A stretch of DNA of 64,000 bases, from positions 3,720,001-3,784,000 of the forward strand of contig JAYWIR010000007.1 of NCBI GenBank assembly GCA_036172245.1, given 5' to 3'. Both the position numbers and the translations under genes were made by a program. Shown here piece after piece: positions 44,501 to 56,382 of the stretch. The notes under the pieces are model-generated. The model did not search any database. It was not told the DNA's origin and saw nothing but the letters and a program-made list of their open reading frames with translations. How positions within the stretch are numbered: the stretch's first letter is position 1; each line of letters begins with the position of its first letter. The DNA comes from Raillietiella orientalis. Its lineage: Eukaryota.

Positions 44501-47500
44501 GGGAATATGAGGCAATCCTCGTTTCCATGAAGGTCACAGGTCCTTCGGATCAGCCTCTCGTTCCATCGACCGCTTGCAGGTCCGCCCTTTGCTTCTGTAA
44601 TTGTGCGGCCTCACACTGCATCGTTCCCTAGGTTGATGTTCCTCTCTTGGAGGGCACCAATACGGTTGAAAGACAGCCCACCTTCTCGGCAAAGTGTCCG
44701 TCCAACTCTTTAAGCAGCAAAGAACGAAGGAAGAGTCGATCTCCGAGAGCGGATCAAGAGATCTTCTCATTAGTTGAAAATTCAGAAAGCAAAAATCATG
44801 TAGCAGGAAGGATGAAGAAACCGGAGTCGACTGATAACTGCTCCTGTTGGATTGCTCTCTCTCGTAAGAACTACTCTATATTTGGCAATTAAGGAAGCAA
44901 GACGAGATCAGCAACGCAAATGCACTGACTACATGGGACTCCAGGACTCTCTCCATCTGTTGTGACGTCTAAGCAAAGAACAAGCAGAAATCTGGCACTG
45001 AAAGGTTAGCTGCGACGTGTCATCCAAGGAAATCTCACTCGATCTTTTACTTTCCCCTTTACACCATGAGTGCCTCTCGTAAAGACGTCTCCTCTAATGA
45101 TGACGTTCTACATGTAGATGGATAAAAGGAGTGACCACATACATGTGATCGAGCGCTACTTAGTTTTAAAAAAAGTGGTTAGGACTGCAGGACTGGTTTT
45201 TTCCTTCTTCCGATTTTCGTGTTCCTTCGTGTGAATTGGAAAGCGAACCGCTGAATGCGGCTCACTATCTTTAAGTCAGAAACTCTTGAAACAGCTCAAA
45301 AATCCATCCGTAGACTCGCGCACTGGAGGAGAGGAGCCACGCGAAGGTCTCAGGTCCCTGACATCTTTCCGGAGCGTCTTCCAGGTTTTCCTGGGAAAAC
45401 TCCCACCAAAGATGGGCTCAAAATCCACGTGCGGGCGTTTCTTTCATGATTTCTAAGCAGGCAAAAATTACCATAAATATCGATATGGACATTCATTCAA
45501 TGCTCCTGGTCGTAAATCGAAGAGAAATCCAAGAATTTTGACAAGGAAAGTCGGAAAAAATCCAAGTCCAGGAATATCTAACAAAATATAGACGAAGTGA
45601 TCACCTCAAAAATAAGACCCACTCCTTAATATAGATGAATACATGAAAGCTTATGAGAGTAGAACAAAAACCAAACCCTTGTATTTTCAAAAGCGAAATG
45701 CAACAAAAGATCGTTATAAGTATTTTTCCTTTCCAATGGGCTTTTTCATCTCACCACTGACTTATGCACGCCTGCAGAAGGAGGCTTTTTGGTGCTTACA
45801 ATTAAAAAATCGTGCACTGCTTGTCCCACTTCTCCCTTGTTATTCGATAAGCCCTTGCCTTCATCGATCCAAGATCCAGACCTCCAAAGGATGATGGCAA
45901 ATCAGAGGTGTCCTGGGGTCTACAATATCTCGATGATTCATTCTTCATGCGTCGAAAAGACCGTGGTCACATATTGTCTTCCAATAAGATTCAGATTAGT
46001 CCTCTCGTTTTGGATCAAGTGGGTTTTTGTTTCTCAAAATTTCTGTATGCACGATAAATCCTTCCGGATGGAGAAATGAAAGCTATTAAACGATTTAATT
46101 GAAAGTGGAACTATCTATTCAGCAAAAACTCTCCAGAATCATTGCAGATAGCCATTGGTAATTTACTAGGTCTTCTTGTCTGGGTTTTGAACCTTGAAGT
46201 TTCTTTTCCATCGATGGTCTTTTGCTTCCTGTATCGTAATGGGGAATTCTTGTCTCAGAGCAAATCCTTTGTTTTTTGTAGGCCACATGAAAAGACGTTT
46301 GCGCATCCTTTTGTGTTCCGCGGACAATCGTTCTGGCGTCCATCTCAATCACACTTTACTGAGCCAAGGTCTGCGTGAATGATGGACTTGCTCGTTTATA
46401 TCTCATATCACCATGTGCCGAAGCGATTTCAGAGGTACCATGTTTGTCTCTTACTGACCACTTACTGCATTGGCACGCTCAGTATTGCTGAAAACGTTCT
46501 GAATCACCTTTTTTTAGGAGTCTCATCTGTACTTAATTACCCACTTATTTCATGATTAAAGCAACTCTTGAAGCATTCTTGCGAAACTTTCCTGTGAAAC
46601 TCCTATTAAGGTTCTCCGGAGCTCAAAAATCGTATCCTATCGCATTGCTTCTCCGTGATCTAATCTGGTAGGGAGATACGTCATCTTTCACGTATGCAGG
46701 GTCCAAGAAACTGTTAAGTACTGACCTGAACCCACGTGATACATCATCTGTTTTATGATAAATGAAGTGAGGAATGCAGAAAATAAGTCAAAATTTGTGC
46801 CTCGCTTACTTCTTCATGCAAAAAATTACATTGAGTGTATCTTTAGCTTTGCCTTCTAATTTATGCTCTCAGATTACATATTTAATAGTGAGATTTGATA
46901 CAATGTTACGTTACTTAACTGTGTCGTATCATGATGTGATATAAAAACACATTATCTTGCTTGGGATATAAAGAATCAACTTATTAAGTGTGCAATGATA
47001 AGGCTTTATAGAATTTACACATGCTTAAATGACACAAAATCTGAAGAACGCTTCAGAATATTGTGTCATAAGAAAGAGGTCTAAAAGCTTCCAACAACTT
47101 TGAAGTACATGTTACGAAGATGGTTGAAGGTGTTAATTATTGAATGAAGAAAAGCCTCAAAAGTCTGATAATATGTGAAAACCAATGAAAAGCTAGCATT
47201 TTTCTATGTAAGAGTACAATGCTGAAGATCTAATCTCATGAAGCAACCCTATTTTTTATTTCAAACTATGCTTAACCGAAGAATGAGGATGTGTTTTTTT
47301 CCCCGCAAATTGTTGCATTTGTAAAAGAAAAAAAAAAAAAAAAAGAATTGTTAAAGATATAGCAACACATTATTATGTTACGGAGTTTGAAAAGGAAATA
47401 TATCCGACAGGTGAATAACCATCCACTTTAAGTTTACAAAACCTGGTAACGGAATTCTGGTAACGGAATGAAGAGCTTTATGCTTTTGAAGTACCTTTAC

Positions 47501-48320
47501 ATATGTAAAAAGGCCTCAAAACTACATATGTACTTACTTTCTGATCGTTCTATTAGGGCATTTATCAACTATAATCTCATATCAAGATCAGCAGACGCAA
47601 CTGTTCATAAACTCCCTGTTCAGAGGTTTACGGAAAACAAGAGGATTTTCTTTATTGTAGTAAATGAGTTTTTTGACAGTAGAGCATGGAATTTATTTTG
47701 AAAAAAAAAAACAATTAAAACACTGTTTTAATATTCAAACATTGTAAAGTAGGCTAAAAAACTAATATTTAATCAAGGAGTTAACTTTCGATAATCTGCA
47801 TACATTATTACATTTACTGTGTTCGAAGTTTTTTTCTTGGAAAAATTTGGACGTAATCTGGAAGCTTTGCACCTTGAATTTACTCGTTTAATTTTTCTTT
47901 AAAGGTTCCAGAAGTGACGCAGACAGCAAATAAAGACAAAACTACTATTCTTATTTTTCATCTATTTCTCCAACTTATCTGCCTGGTAATTCTCGTTGTC
48001 TTGACGCTTTGTTGAATCTGGAAATAGTTTGAATTTTTGGAAGATGTTTTACTAAATGTGTATGCATATTCAATGTTGTTAGCAACCCAAAAGAAGCTTA
48101 ACGCCCCAAATTCTTCTCGGCATTATGAATGTTCATTCCAAATCAATATGTGGGATCCTTATTTATAAGGTAAAGAGAAAACTAGTTGACTGTACGCCTT
48201 AATACTATTATGAATTACCTATAGGATTTCTGATTTGAGCAAATATTATGTTTTAGGATATCCATGCATCGATTGTTAGGTTCACATGGATGTTGAAAAT
48301 CTGAAAATGATGACTAGAAT

Positions 48321-50306
48321 ATGGAGAAAGAATTACTTCCTATTTGTGATGGCCTCTTTAATGTTGTATCATTAGCAGTTTACTTTTGTGATGTGATTTT
48401 CAATGCGTTATCTATATATACGTTTTACCAGCATAATTACATGGTGTACTTCTATATTTGCCTTAGTTGTTCGTGTATATCAGTTATCTCTAGCCAGATC
48501 ATTTCACTGAACTGGTATTTTAAGGAAAAGGAATCACCCAGACTGTATTCAAGCATTATAATAATAATATGGCATATCTTGTTATGTGGCGTGCTTTGGA
48601 GGTATATTAGATTGTTTTTGCCTATGCATTTGTCTCTTGTTAAAAATGATGTAAGGGCATTGTGCATCCTGAGATTAATGCATGCTTTCATAGCAGTAAT
48701 TCCTATGTTACTAATCCAACTCTACATTACAATTCAGAAAGGAAACAATTCTAATATTAGTAAATTGCATACAGTGACAATATTTCTGTCTCTTTTGAGT
48801 GTTTGTTGGTCACTGGCTTCCTTTAGCAAACATGTTCGCAAGAAAAATCTCCACAAGTTGGTGCTTACGTGGTTGAGTGTGCTGTTTCAGCTAGGGTGGC
48901 GATTAGGAACTGTAACAGCACGAGCACTTTCACTTATGACGTATGCATCTGTGTATACATACTGGGTATTTTTAGTTTTGAGTCTCCACTGGTTAACAAT
49001 GTATCTCTGGGTGATTTCCCCAAGAGGCCTGTTTCTTAATGAGAACATGGCTTGTGGCAGACGATGTATTTACTCAGCCACAATTGCTTGGATCTTCGTT
49101 ATTTGTTACCTAAATGTTGATGATGATCATAAGAAAATTAGAATTATTGTATTCTATGTTACAATGTTTCTTGAAAATACTCTGTTAGTGGCCATATGGT
49201 TTGCCAGCCTCAATGGTCTTCATTCACTTTATCATTATATGCTAATGCTGACAATATATGGCACTTTCATATTAGGCATCAGTTTCATGTTGCTTTATTA
49301 TAAGTTCTTTCATGTAAGGCTGCTCTGCAAAGAACTATCAAGTGTCTCTGATGTCAATCCCTTTTGTGAAGCAACACATAGGCCTGTGTGTAGCATTTCT
49401 GCTAGTAAAATGGACAGTCCAAATGTGCCTATGCCTTCCAATAAGACAGACATTGGTTTCCCTGTGCAAACCATGCCAGGCATGTTTAATTGCCGATTAC
49501 ATCCAGCATTTAATCGTAAAAAAAAAAAACCAAGTACGTTTGTGCCTCCCCCTCAGCAAGTCATTGTGAGTAATACTCGTGGTCGCATCTTAAATGCCTT
49601 TTGGAGACAAAACACCACTCCATCAAACAATGCTGATGTTTCTTCATACTGTGTTGGCAGCAGTGATGCAGAAGGAAGTGTCACATCAAAAATCAACATC
49701 CAACAGAAACTTGCAGAAAAAAAACAAGCTCAGCTACATCAACTGCAGATGATTGAAGAAGAGATTCGTTGTGGAAAACTCAAAAAGCCTGCAACAAATG
49801 CCATTCTCCATCAGCCTATTCCATCTGTAAAATGGCAGCCATGCTTTCAACCATCTGATGCCTGTTCATCAGCATGGCAAACAGTAATGAGTTACCAACA
49901 TGCATCTTCAAAATACAGAACTAAATATCAACCAAAGCATGGAAATGAATCCATTGTCCATTCATCCCAAAGAATAACATTTAAACCTGACAATCGCAAC
50001 AAAGCAATCTGCAAATCCTACAGAATTCCATCCGATGCTGACAGTTACTTGTCCATTCCACGTTCATATACGCTGCCAAAAGAGTTTCGATTCCGACGAA
50101 AACAACGTCCACGTTTTATTGTGGAAACTCCTTCCTGCTTCAGTGGCAGTGATGGTAAGAATGATCTCGGAAAATATCATCCTTGTACTGATTTTCTAGG
50201 AGATGTGGATTCCGATGATGAAACAGATGTAAGAACTGAGCCAAGGATAATATGGAACAACCTGTCTCCTCATATCCCATTTTGCCATCATGAAACACAG
50301 TTATAG
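48321..50306 (+). CDS. XK-related (XKR/CED-8 family) multipass membrane protein, putative phospholipid scramblase, with long C-terminal tail
   Basis: 661-codon ORF. The hydrophobic N-terminal ~330 aa carries XK-family-like segments (SLNWY, GVLWRY, LRLMHAF...PMLLIQLYI, SLLSVCWSLASF, WRLGTVTARALSL, MFLENTLL, LYYKFFH). Probable in-frame 45-nt intron at 50155-50199. Confidence 0.85.
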   Translation: MEKELLPICDGLFNVVSLAVYFCDVIFNALSIYTFYQHNYMVYFYICLSCSCISVISSQIISLNWYFKEKESPRLYSSIIIIIWHILLCGVLWRYIRLFLPMHLSLVKNDVRALCILRLMHAFIAVIPMLLIQLYITIQKGNNSNISKLHTVTIFLSLLSVCWSLASFSKHVRKKNLHKLVLTWLSVLFQLGWRLGTVTARALSLMTYASVYTYWVFLVLSLHWLTMYLWVISPRGLFLNENMACGRRCIYSATIAWIFVICYLNVDDDHKKIRIIVFYVTMFLENTLLVAIWFASLNGLHSLYHYMLMLTIYGTFILGISFMLLYYKFFHVRLLCKELSSVSDVNPFCEATHRPVCSISASKMDSPNVPMPSNKTDIGFPVQTMPGMFNCRLHPAFNRKKKKPSTFVPPPQQVIVSNTRGRILNAFWRQNTTPSNNADVSSYCVGSSDAEGSVTSKINIQQKLAEKKQAQLHQLQMIEEEIRCGKLKKPATNAILHQPIPSVKWQPCFQPSDACSSAWQTVMSYQHASSKYRTKYQPKHGNESIVHSSQRITFKPDNRNKAICKSYRIPSDADSYLSIPRSYTLPKEFRFRRKQRPRFIVETPSCFSGSDGKNDLGKYHPCTDFLGDVDSDDETDVRTEPRIIWNNLSPHIPFCHHETQL

Positions 50307-50369
50307 CCCCTATTTACCATTTATATATTTCAGAAATCCTGTCCAATTTCAATATCAAACAAGAAACAG

Positions 50370-51747
50370 TTAGAGAGCCTTCATTTGAATCATTAGATCA
50401 TCAAGTGAGCAATTGGTTGAAGGCAAACTTTCACTCTCGGTAGCATTATCTTCCTTTGTTGAATAGGCATAAGTTAGACCAGGAGGAAGTGAAGAGTGCT
50501 CAGTGCCAACATTGCAGGTCGGACTTTCATCCACAATACTAATGCCTGAGAAGGATTTTTGTTTGATTTGTCACTCCTTTGCTTACCCCATTCATTATCA
50601 GTCTTTACTGGTGATGGCTCTCTTTTCTTAACAGCTGGTGATGCTGCTTTCTGCACTTTCAAAGGGAATTCTTTTTGGCGACGACGGCACATTTCCTCAG
50701 AACAATTGGAATTAGGCTTCAGCACCATGGTTGGAAAAAAGTCTTGGAGAGCATTGTATCCAACGTAGTTGGCTACCTGGCCAAAACCCAACAAGAATCT
50801 GTACTGTTATAAGAGCAAATCATCAGACTTATATACTTAAGTGTGTTCTGAATTAGCAGGCCAGCTATAATACCCATGGTGGTAGGCAGACTAGCAGCAC
50901 ATACACCTTCCCTTTTAAGTGTTTTCTCATCAATGCCAGAAGCCACAATTAATGGGGGAGCACACTGTTTCCATTCAGTTATCTTGTACCAAACTAAAAC
51001 TCACTGCAAAACAAGGCGTTTTTCCAGGCTCAAAGAACTGGATATGACCAGAGACAGCATCTTCTGATACTCCAGATTCTAGCCATGTCAAGTCCAACTC
51101 ATTGCATGCAGAATTTATGGCCATTCTAGCCTCATAATTATCAACACAACTTAACACAAGATTCACTAACTTTCCTTCTAAGCTTCCCGTCCTTTCAAAA
51201 ATTGAATATTAACATCCGTTTCTGGGTTTGGAAGCCATAACAGCATTCCAAACATTTATTACCTGAGAACATCCATAAAGCAGTCAAAGTTCCTCACAGT
51301 ACAAATGTTGTAATTGTAGCATTCAAAATCAACATCTGGATTGATTGATTTCAAAGTAGTAACAGCAGCTTCCACTTTAGACATGCCACTCTGGTGTGGC
51401 TGAAAAAACAATCTGTTCATGTTTGCCAGTTCCACTTTATCGTAATCAAAAAGAATGACCTAATGGGAACTCTTACAGAAAACGGAATAATACACAAAAA
51501 CAAACATACTTTCCCTATACCGCACCTAGTAATCATCTCCGCAGCGACACTACCGATACCTCCAACACCTACAATAGCTACTGTGTAATCCCGAATTCGT
51601 TCATAGTTTCCTACAATCCCCATTTTTTTCAGGGCCATAAGGCGACTAAAATATGGTTATCACTCGGGAAAAAAAGTTGCAGGATTACCTATAGGGATTT
51701 GAATCTACAACTTCCTCCGACATTACAGTTTTCTCCCTCGAAGCCAT
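50370..51747 (-). CDS. UBA5: Ubiquitin-like modifier-activating enzyme 5 (UFM1 E1), 7 exons, 364 aa
   Basis: Exons on the - strand: 51689-51747, 51510-51645, 51263-51459, 51005-51191, 50837-50964, 50587-50798, 50370-50545 (1095 nt, in frame). Motifs: [63 protein letters not shown], catalytic [15 protein letters not shown]1-interacting NEWGISIV and C-terminal [11 protein letters not shown]. Confidence 0.96.
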
Positions 51748-54700
51748 GTTCGTACGTTGCTGGTCCCAAGCCTTACGCGGTCAACCACAGCACACCACCC
51801 ATTGAGAAATGAGGAGAGCCTTTCCGCAGCCTCCCTGCGGAACTCAGCTGCTGCCTAGGGAGGAGGGGTACTCCTCCACTTTGGACAGATACTCCACTTT
51901 CCTAGCCACTGCAGCTAGCCCGTTGGCACCGCACCATTTTCTGAAGTACATTTGAAGTGTAGACAAGCATACGGAATGCGATGTTTACAGTGTACCTTCC
52001 CTGTGATCAAGCAGTTTCCATTCGACGTAGGTTCCTGACTTGTTCGATAAAGCAGAACTCACAGATTTGCCCTTGCTGTTAACGTGGTCTAATCGGATCA
52101 AACTGAAGGAACATAAAGTATGTATTTTCAGAAACATTCTCATAGGATTGCAAATAAAAAATTTAAAGGTTTGAAGCCATATGAAATGACCACTTCACGT
52201 GGCAAAACAAACGTCTGATCACAGCTGCAAATAGTATTAATACATAGGAATACAAGTTGAATTCGAGGTACACAAAGCTTTTAAATACAGTCATACAGCA
52301 GGACGAAACAGTTCTTTAGCCAAAAAGTTTAGGCACTGAATCATTGCCATTATCCTGCACATTATGAGCGTGCATATTAGATAAATGGAATATACTGGCC
52401 ATTCTGTTTAACAGAATGGCACAGCTGTTTTTCTGTTGATTTCTCTTGCTAACTTGAAATTTAAAAGTATCCTTTTCGCCTTTTTGGGATTTCAGATCGG
52501 CACTGTTATTACTTTTGGATGCAAACTGTGAAGTCTGTAATTCTCTACGAAACACTGCGTGAAGTATCAGCTTCTTGTATTCCTCTTTCTAACCATTGAC
52601 CTCCAAACTAAAATCATTTTTGCAAAAACGGACGTTTGTGAGAATTTTATCACAAAATCTCCTTCAAGTAACGCTTCAACGCTTAAAAGCAGTGAACAGC
52701 ATTTTCACTGCATGGTACCTTAGATGATGTCACATATGAAAATACAACTGATTGAACTTAGATAGAATTTTAGTATTGACTGCAACAGAAACACCTCTTT
52801 GATCATTCATTAGAATGAACATGGCATAGACATTCTTGTTCTGTTAGTACATAATTTCTAAAGGGAAAATACATATTTCTTGAGCTTTCTTTTTTTTTTT
52901 ATTAATCGCAGAAACAAAAAATATCACAAATGTGTCCTAACCCAAAAGCATACAGGGAACTTTCCTTGGCCCTCAAGGAATATGCGTAGATGATTCTAAA
53001 TCTTACCCTCTGAATTCTCAATATCGATACCTGTATGTAAAAAAAAAAAAACTTCTCAGTATCTTTAGGGAAAAAAATAATGAAAATGATCACTAAGTAT
53101 TCGTTCTTTCTTGTTTTTCTCCAAGTCATAATGATTGATAAAGAAGATGGCTGCATAAAAACAAAAAATCTATAACATCATATACAAGATACCCTAATCA
53201 CTGTGTAGAGTTATTTGCAGAATCTTCCAAGAAAGTCAACGACAAAGCATACTTTACAAGATGTACAATTTTCGTTTCTGAAATTAGATCTCTAAAAAAG
53301 AAACCTTCTTAACAGTGTTATCATATAATTTTTAATAGATTTCGGAGAAATACTTCTACATGGCTTCGAATGGCTTCCACACGGTTGAAATGAATGGAAA
53401 CGCTCTGAATTCTTAGAAGTGGTTTTGTGTACCAGCACATAATGCAATGAATTCTTAGACATCAAATCAAGAACTCTACACGTATCATCTATAATGAATG
53501 AGAAAGCGAAAACTTTTTTTAAGTTGGAAAATTGACACCTTTTCATAGTGGCAGAATTTGAATTCAGAACACGCTCTACATTGGGGCCATTGCTCAAGGC
53601 ATTTACATAATTGCATCGAAGGGAGAAGTTCCATACATTTTGTTTAGAATGAAAGGAAATTCATTTTGATTGCTTTAAAAACACCAATGTCGTTGAATCT
53701 CTACAACTCAGCTTCCTGCAATGCTAATGTCTCCCAATCCGTCGATCCTTTTGTGGGATTCCCTACTCATCCAAAAAAACGAACGCATTGACATCCACAT
53801 GCGTGTTAGTATACGTAGAGGCAAAGTGCCATGGATCCGGGCACAGTGGCTCATGTTAGATCACCCTGTCCCTAACTGGTCATGATAAGCGCAGGTGCCT
53901 GCTCGCAAAATTTATATCAAACGAAAGTACTCAACAGGGAGAACTTCCTGCAGGCTTGCATCTGCAACGGCTGCTGGGAACGTTTGCGCCCATGCATTCG
54001 GCTGCTACCGCCGAAGGTCTGATTAAAAAGAGGAAGCCGTTGAACAGATGTGTTCTCTGCTGATAATGCAGCTTTCCATGCTGGAGCCTTCCAGCATTGG
54101 CCAAACGAGCAAGGAGCTCAAAACAAAAGGGTCGACTGAGTTGCATGTAACAACTACATGATTGCAAAAATTTCCGTTTCCTGCTAGGCACCGGATTTCA
54201 GGCTGGCCAGGTTTGTTGTCCGAACATCAAAACGAAAATAAAAGTAGGGCAAAAAAAAAAAAAAAAAAAAGGAAGTCTTGTTTCGAGTGACCATACGTAT
54301 GCCATACGCATTAAGAAACGGAGCTGCTTCGAATTCTTATGTCAGTTACTGCTTTTGCCATTATTACAAAAAGCAAATAGGGTGCAAATTATGATGAGAA
54401 TGTGTTTAAGAGTCATTATGGCGAATCCAAGTATAAAAAAGGGAAACAAGCCCCCAAATTGAGCTCTTTACTGTGCGAAACTATTGGGCCCCATAAGAAC
54501 ATGTAATCAAAAATGAAATATAGTAACGGATTCTGCTTCATGCCAAAAAATTCAGGCATTTCCACGCTGTTGGTCTTAGATATTTTGGAAGTGTATAAAA
54601 ATATCTGTGCATGGGGTCAAGACCATGCACTATCAGAAATCTCTGGTAAACCACACATGCAACAGAATGAATGGTTGTACTCTAACAGAAGTAATCCAGA

Positions 54701-55374
54701 ATGTGGAACATGGAGAAATTCAAGCTCATCCAAGTTATTTAATCAGATAATTATATTTTGGCAAACTTTTGTTATTAAATGATCTGTAAGTCATCAGTAG
54801 ATCACATCTAGCCATGCCTAAAAATTCCCAATTGGCCCTTGGCTATCATAGCATCATAATCAAAACCATTGAAACCCATTGGAGATCTGAATAATTAATA
54901 GTAAGATTAGCACAAAGAGAAATCGGTGAAATACCACATCCTCCTATTCTGACATCTGTGTAACAAAAGAAATCTGGGGCAATGAATTAAAGTATAGATA
55001 TATACATACACACATGCATACAATAATGTATGCATCACTTTCATATTACAAGAATCAAGTAGTTACCATGTATTTTAAAAACCATCGTGAAGAAGTAAAA
55101 TTCTCTTCTAATAAGGTGCATGATAATTCAATAAGAATCTGAAAACAGAAAGGTGCATATTTCCAAATGATACATAATGTCGAAACATTTGATTATTAAT
55201 TTACAGAAGTTTACAAATTTTTACAGTCCCCTTGTGTAGCTCAAGATTTAGAAGACATTTTGATGTTTTACATCAACTTTTGCAAGGAGCATCCATTTTC
55301 CTATGCCTTGCTGCCTAAAGTGAAGTAGAAAAAATAATGAATAATTAGCAAACAATCAATCATCAGTGCTTTAC

Positions 55375-55971
55375 CCAAATCTTTTTGTGATGCAGAACTG
55401 AGTTCATCAACAATTATTGGGGTTCTGTTTAAAGTATTGGAAGGACTTCTAGGATCAAAATCCAATAACTTATATCGCATATGATGAGAAATTCTCTCCT
55501 ACAACAAAAGGGTACAATCCAAAAGAATTGCTTTTAATTAAGTGTGCAGGGAATTAACAATGTGCAATGAATTCCTTTACATCACCAGAGTCAAATAAAA
55601 TTAATTCAGAAAAAAAATAAATACATCGACTCAGTTTCAGATACGTTTGTTTTGATGCTTGATGCTGTTTGAACACTGTCAATTGCATAAGTTAAGCAGA
55701 ATTATTATCACAACTTTTCTATATGCAAATCATGTGAACATATGAAGCGCCCATGTAAAACCAATTTTTGAAATAACATAGATAAACAGAATAAAATACA
55801 AAAAGAAAGCAACGGTAACATATACGCATGCACATATTTAGGTTCCAGCTGAAATTAAATATTCAAAAACGTCACTTTTGGAGTCTCCAACATTTCGCTG
55901 TTCTTATTTTCTTCAGGCTCTTTTCCAGTAACTTCTGACTTGGAACCCACATGAAAAAATATGTTACCCAT
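55375..55971 (-). CDS. CDCA3/TOME-1-like protein, first two coding exons (3' end unresolved)
   Basis: Exon 55876-55971 reads MGNIFFHVGSKSEVTGKEPEENKNSEMLETPK with a gtgacg donor. Exon 55375-55498 follows a ttttgttgtag acceptor, reads ERISHHMRYKLLDFDPRSPSNTLNRTPIIVDE.. and ends at a gtaaag donor. The MG start, TP site and DPRSPS..RTPI.V motif match my recollection of the CDCA3 N-terminus. Confidence 0.6.
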
Positions 55972-56382
55972 GATAAAACATTCCAACAAACCTGTCACAT
56001 CTGATCAAACTTCCGTAATAGTGATAAGCCAAATTTCAAACTTTTTAAACGAACCGCTTACAGAACCGCCACAAATTCAAAACATCAGGCTTGCCATTGA
56101 CGAAATTGTATTTCATATTAGTAAATGCTGAAAGTACAATTTCCTTTTAGCAAACCTGATTGACTGAACCCAAAAACACTCCTATGTCAAATTTCAAATT
56201 CCACGATACTTATTGTTCCCAAATCCGACAAGCAGTGAGGTAAATTTATTCATTAATGACAAAGTTTAGAGTTTCAATAATAACATCATTCAGACAAACG
56301 TACTTCATCAGTTGATTCCCACAGCTCACTATTGCGCACGTAGCATCTGCAATGTCACGATCGGGGTGTTTTTCAGAATGGG

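Noticed and set aside
43200..44700. Intermediate-GC stretch that looks like decayed retroelement coding sequence
   Set aside because: No intact reverse transcriptase or endonuclease motif could be read in any frame.
46280..46440. Possible RTE-type LINE remnant on the - strand (LKSLRHMV; WLSKV*LRWTP..KR)
   Set aside because: Too degenerate to support without an HMM search.
52545..52610. Possible terminal exon FGGQWLERGIQEADTSRSVS* on the - strand
   Set aside because: It has an acceptor-like ttttag, but I could not link it to any upstream exon or protein family.
53835..53870. ccgggcacagtggctcatg resembling a 7SL/Alu or tRNA-SINE head
   Set aside because: The match is short, with no B box or downstream SRP/tRNA structure.
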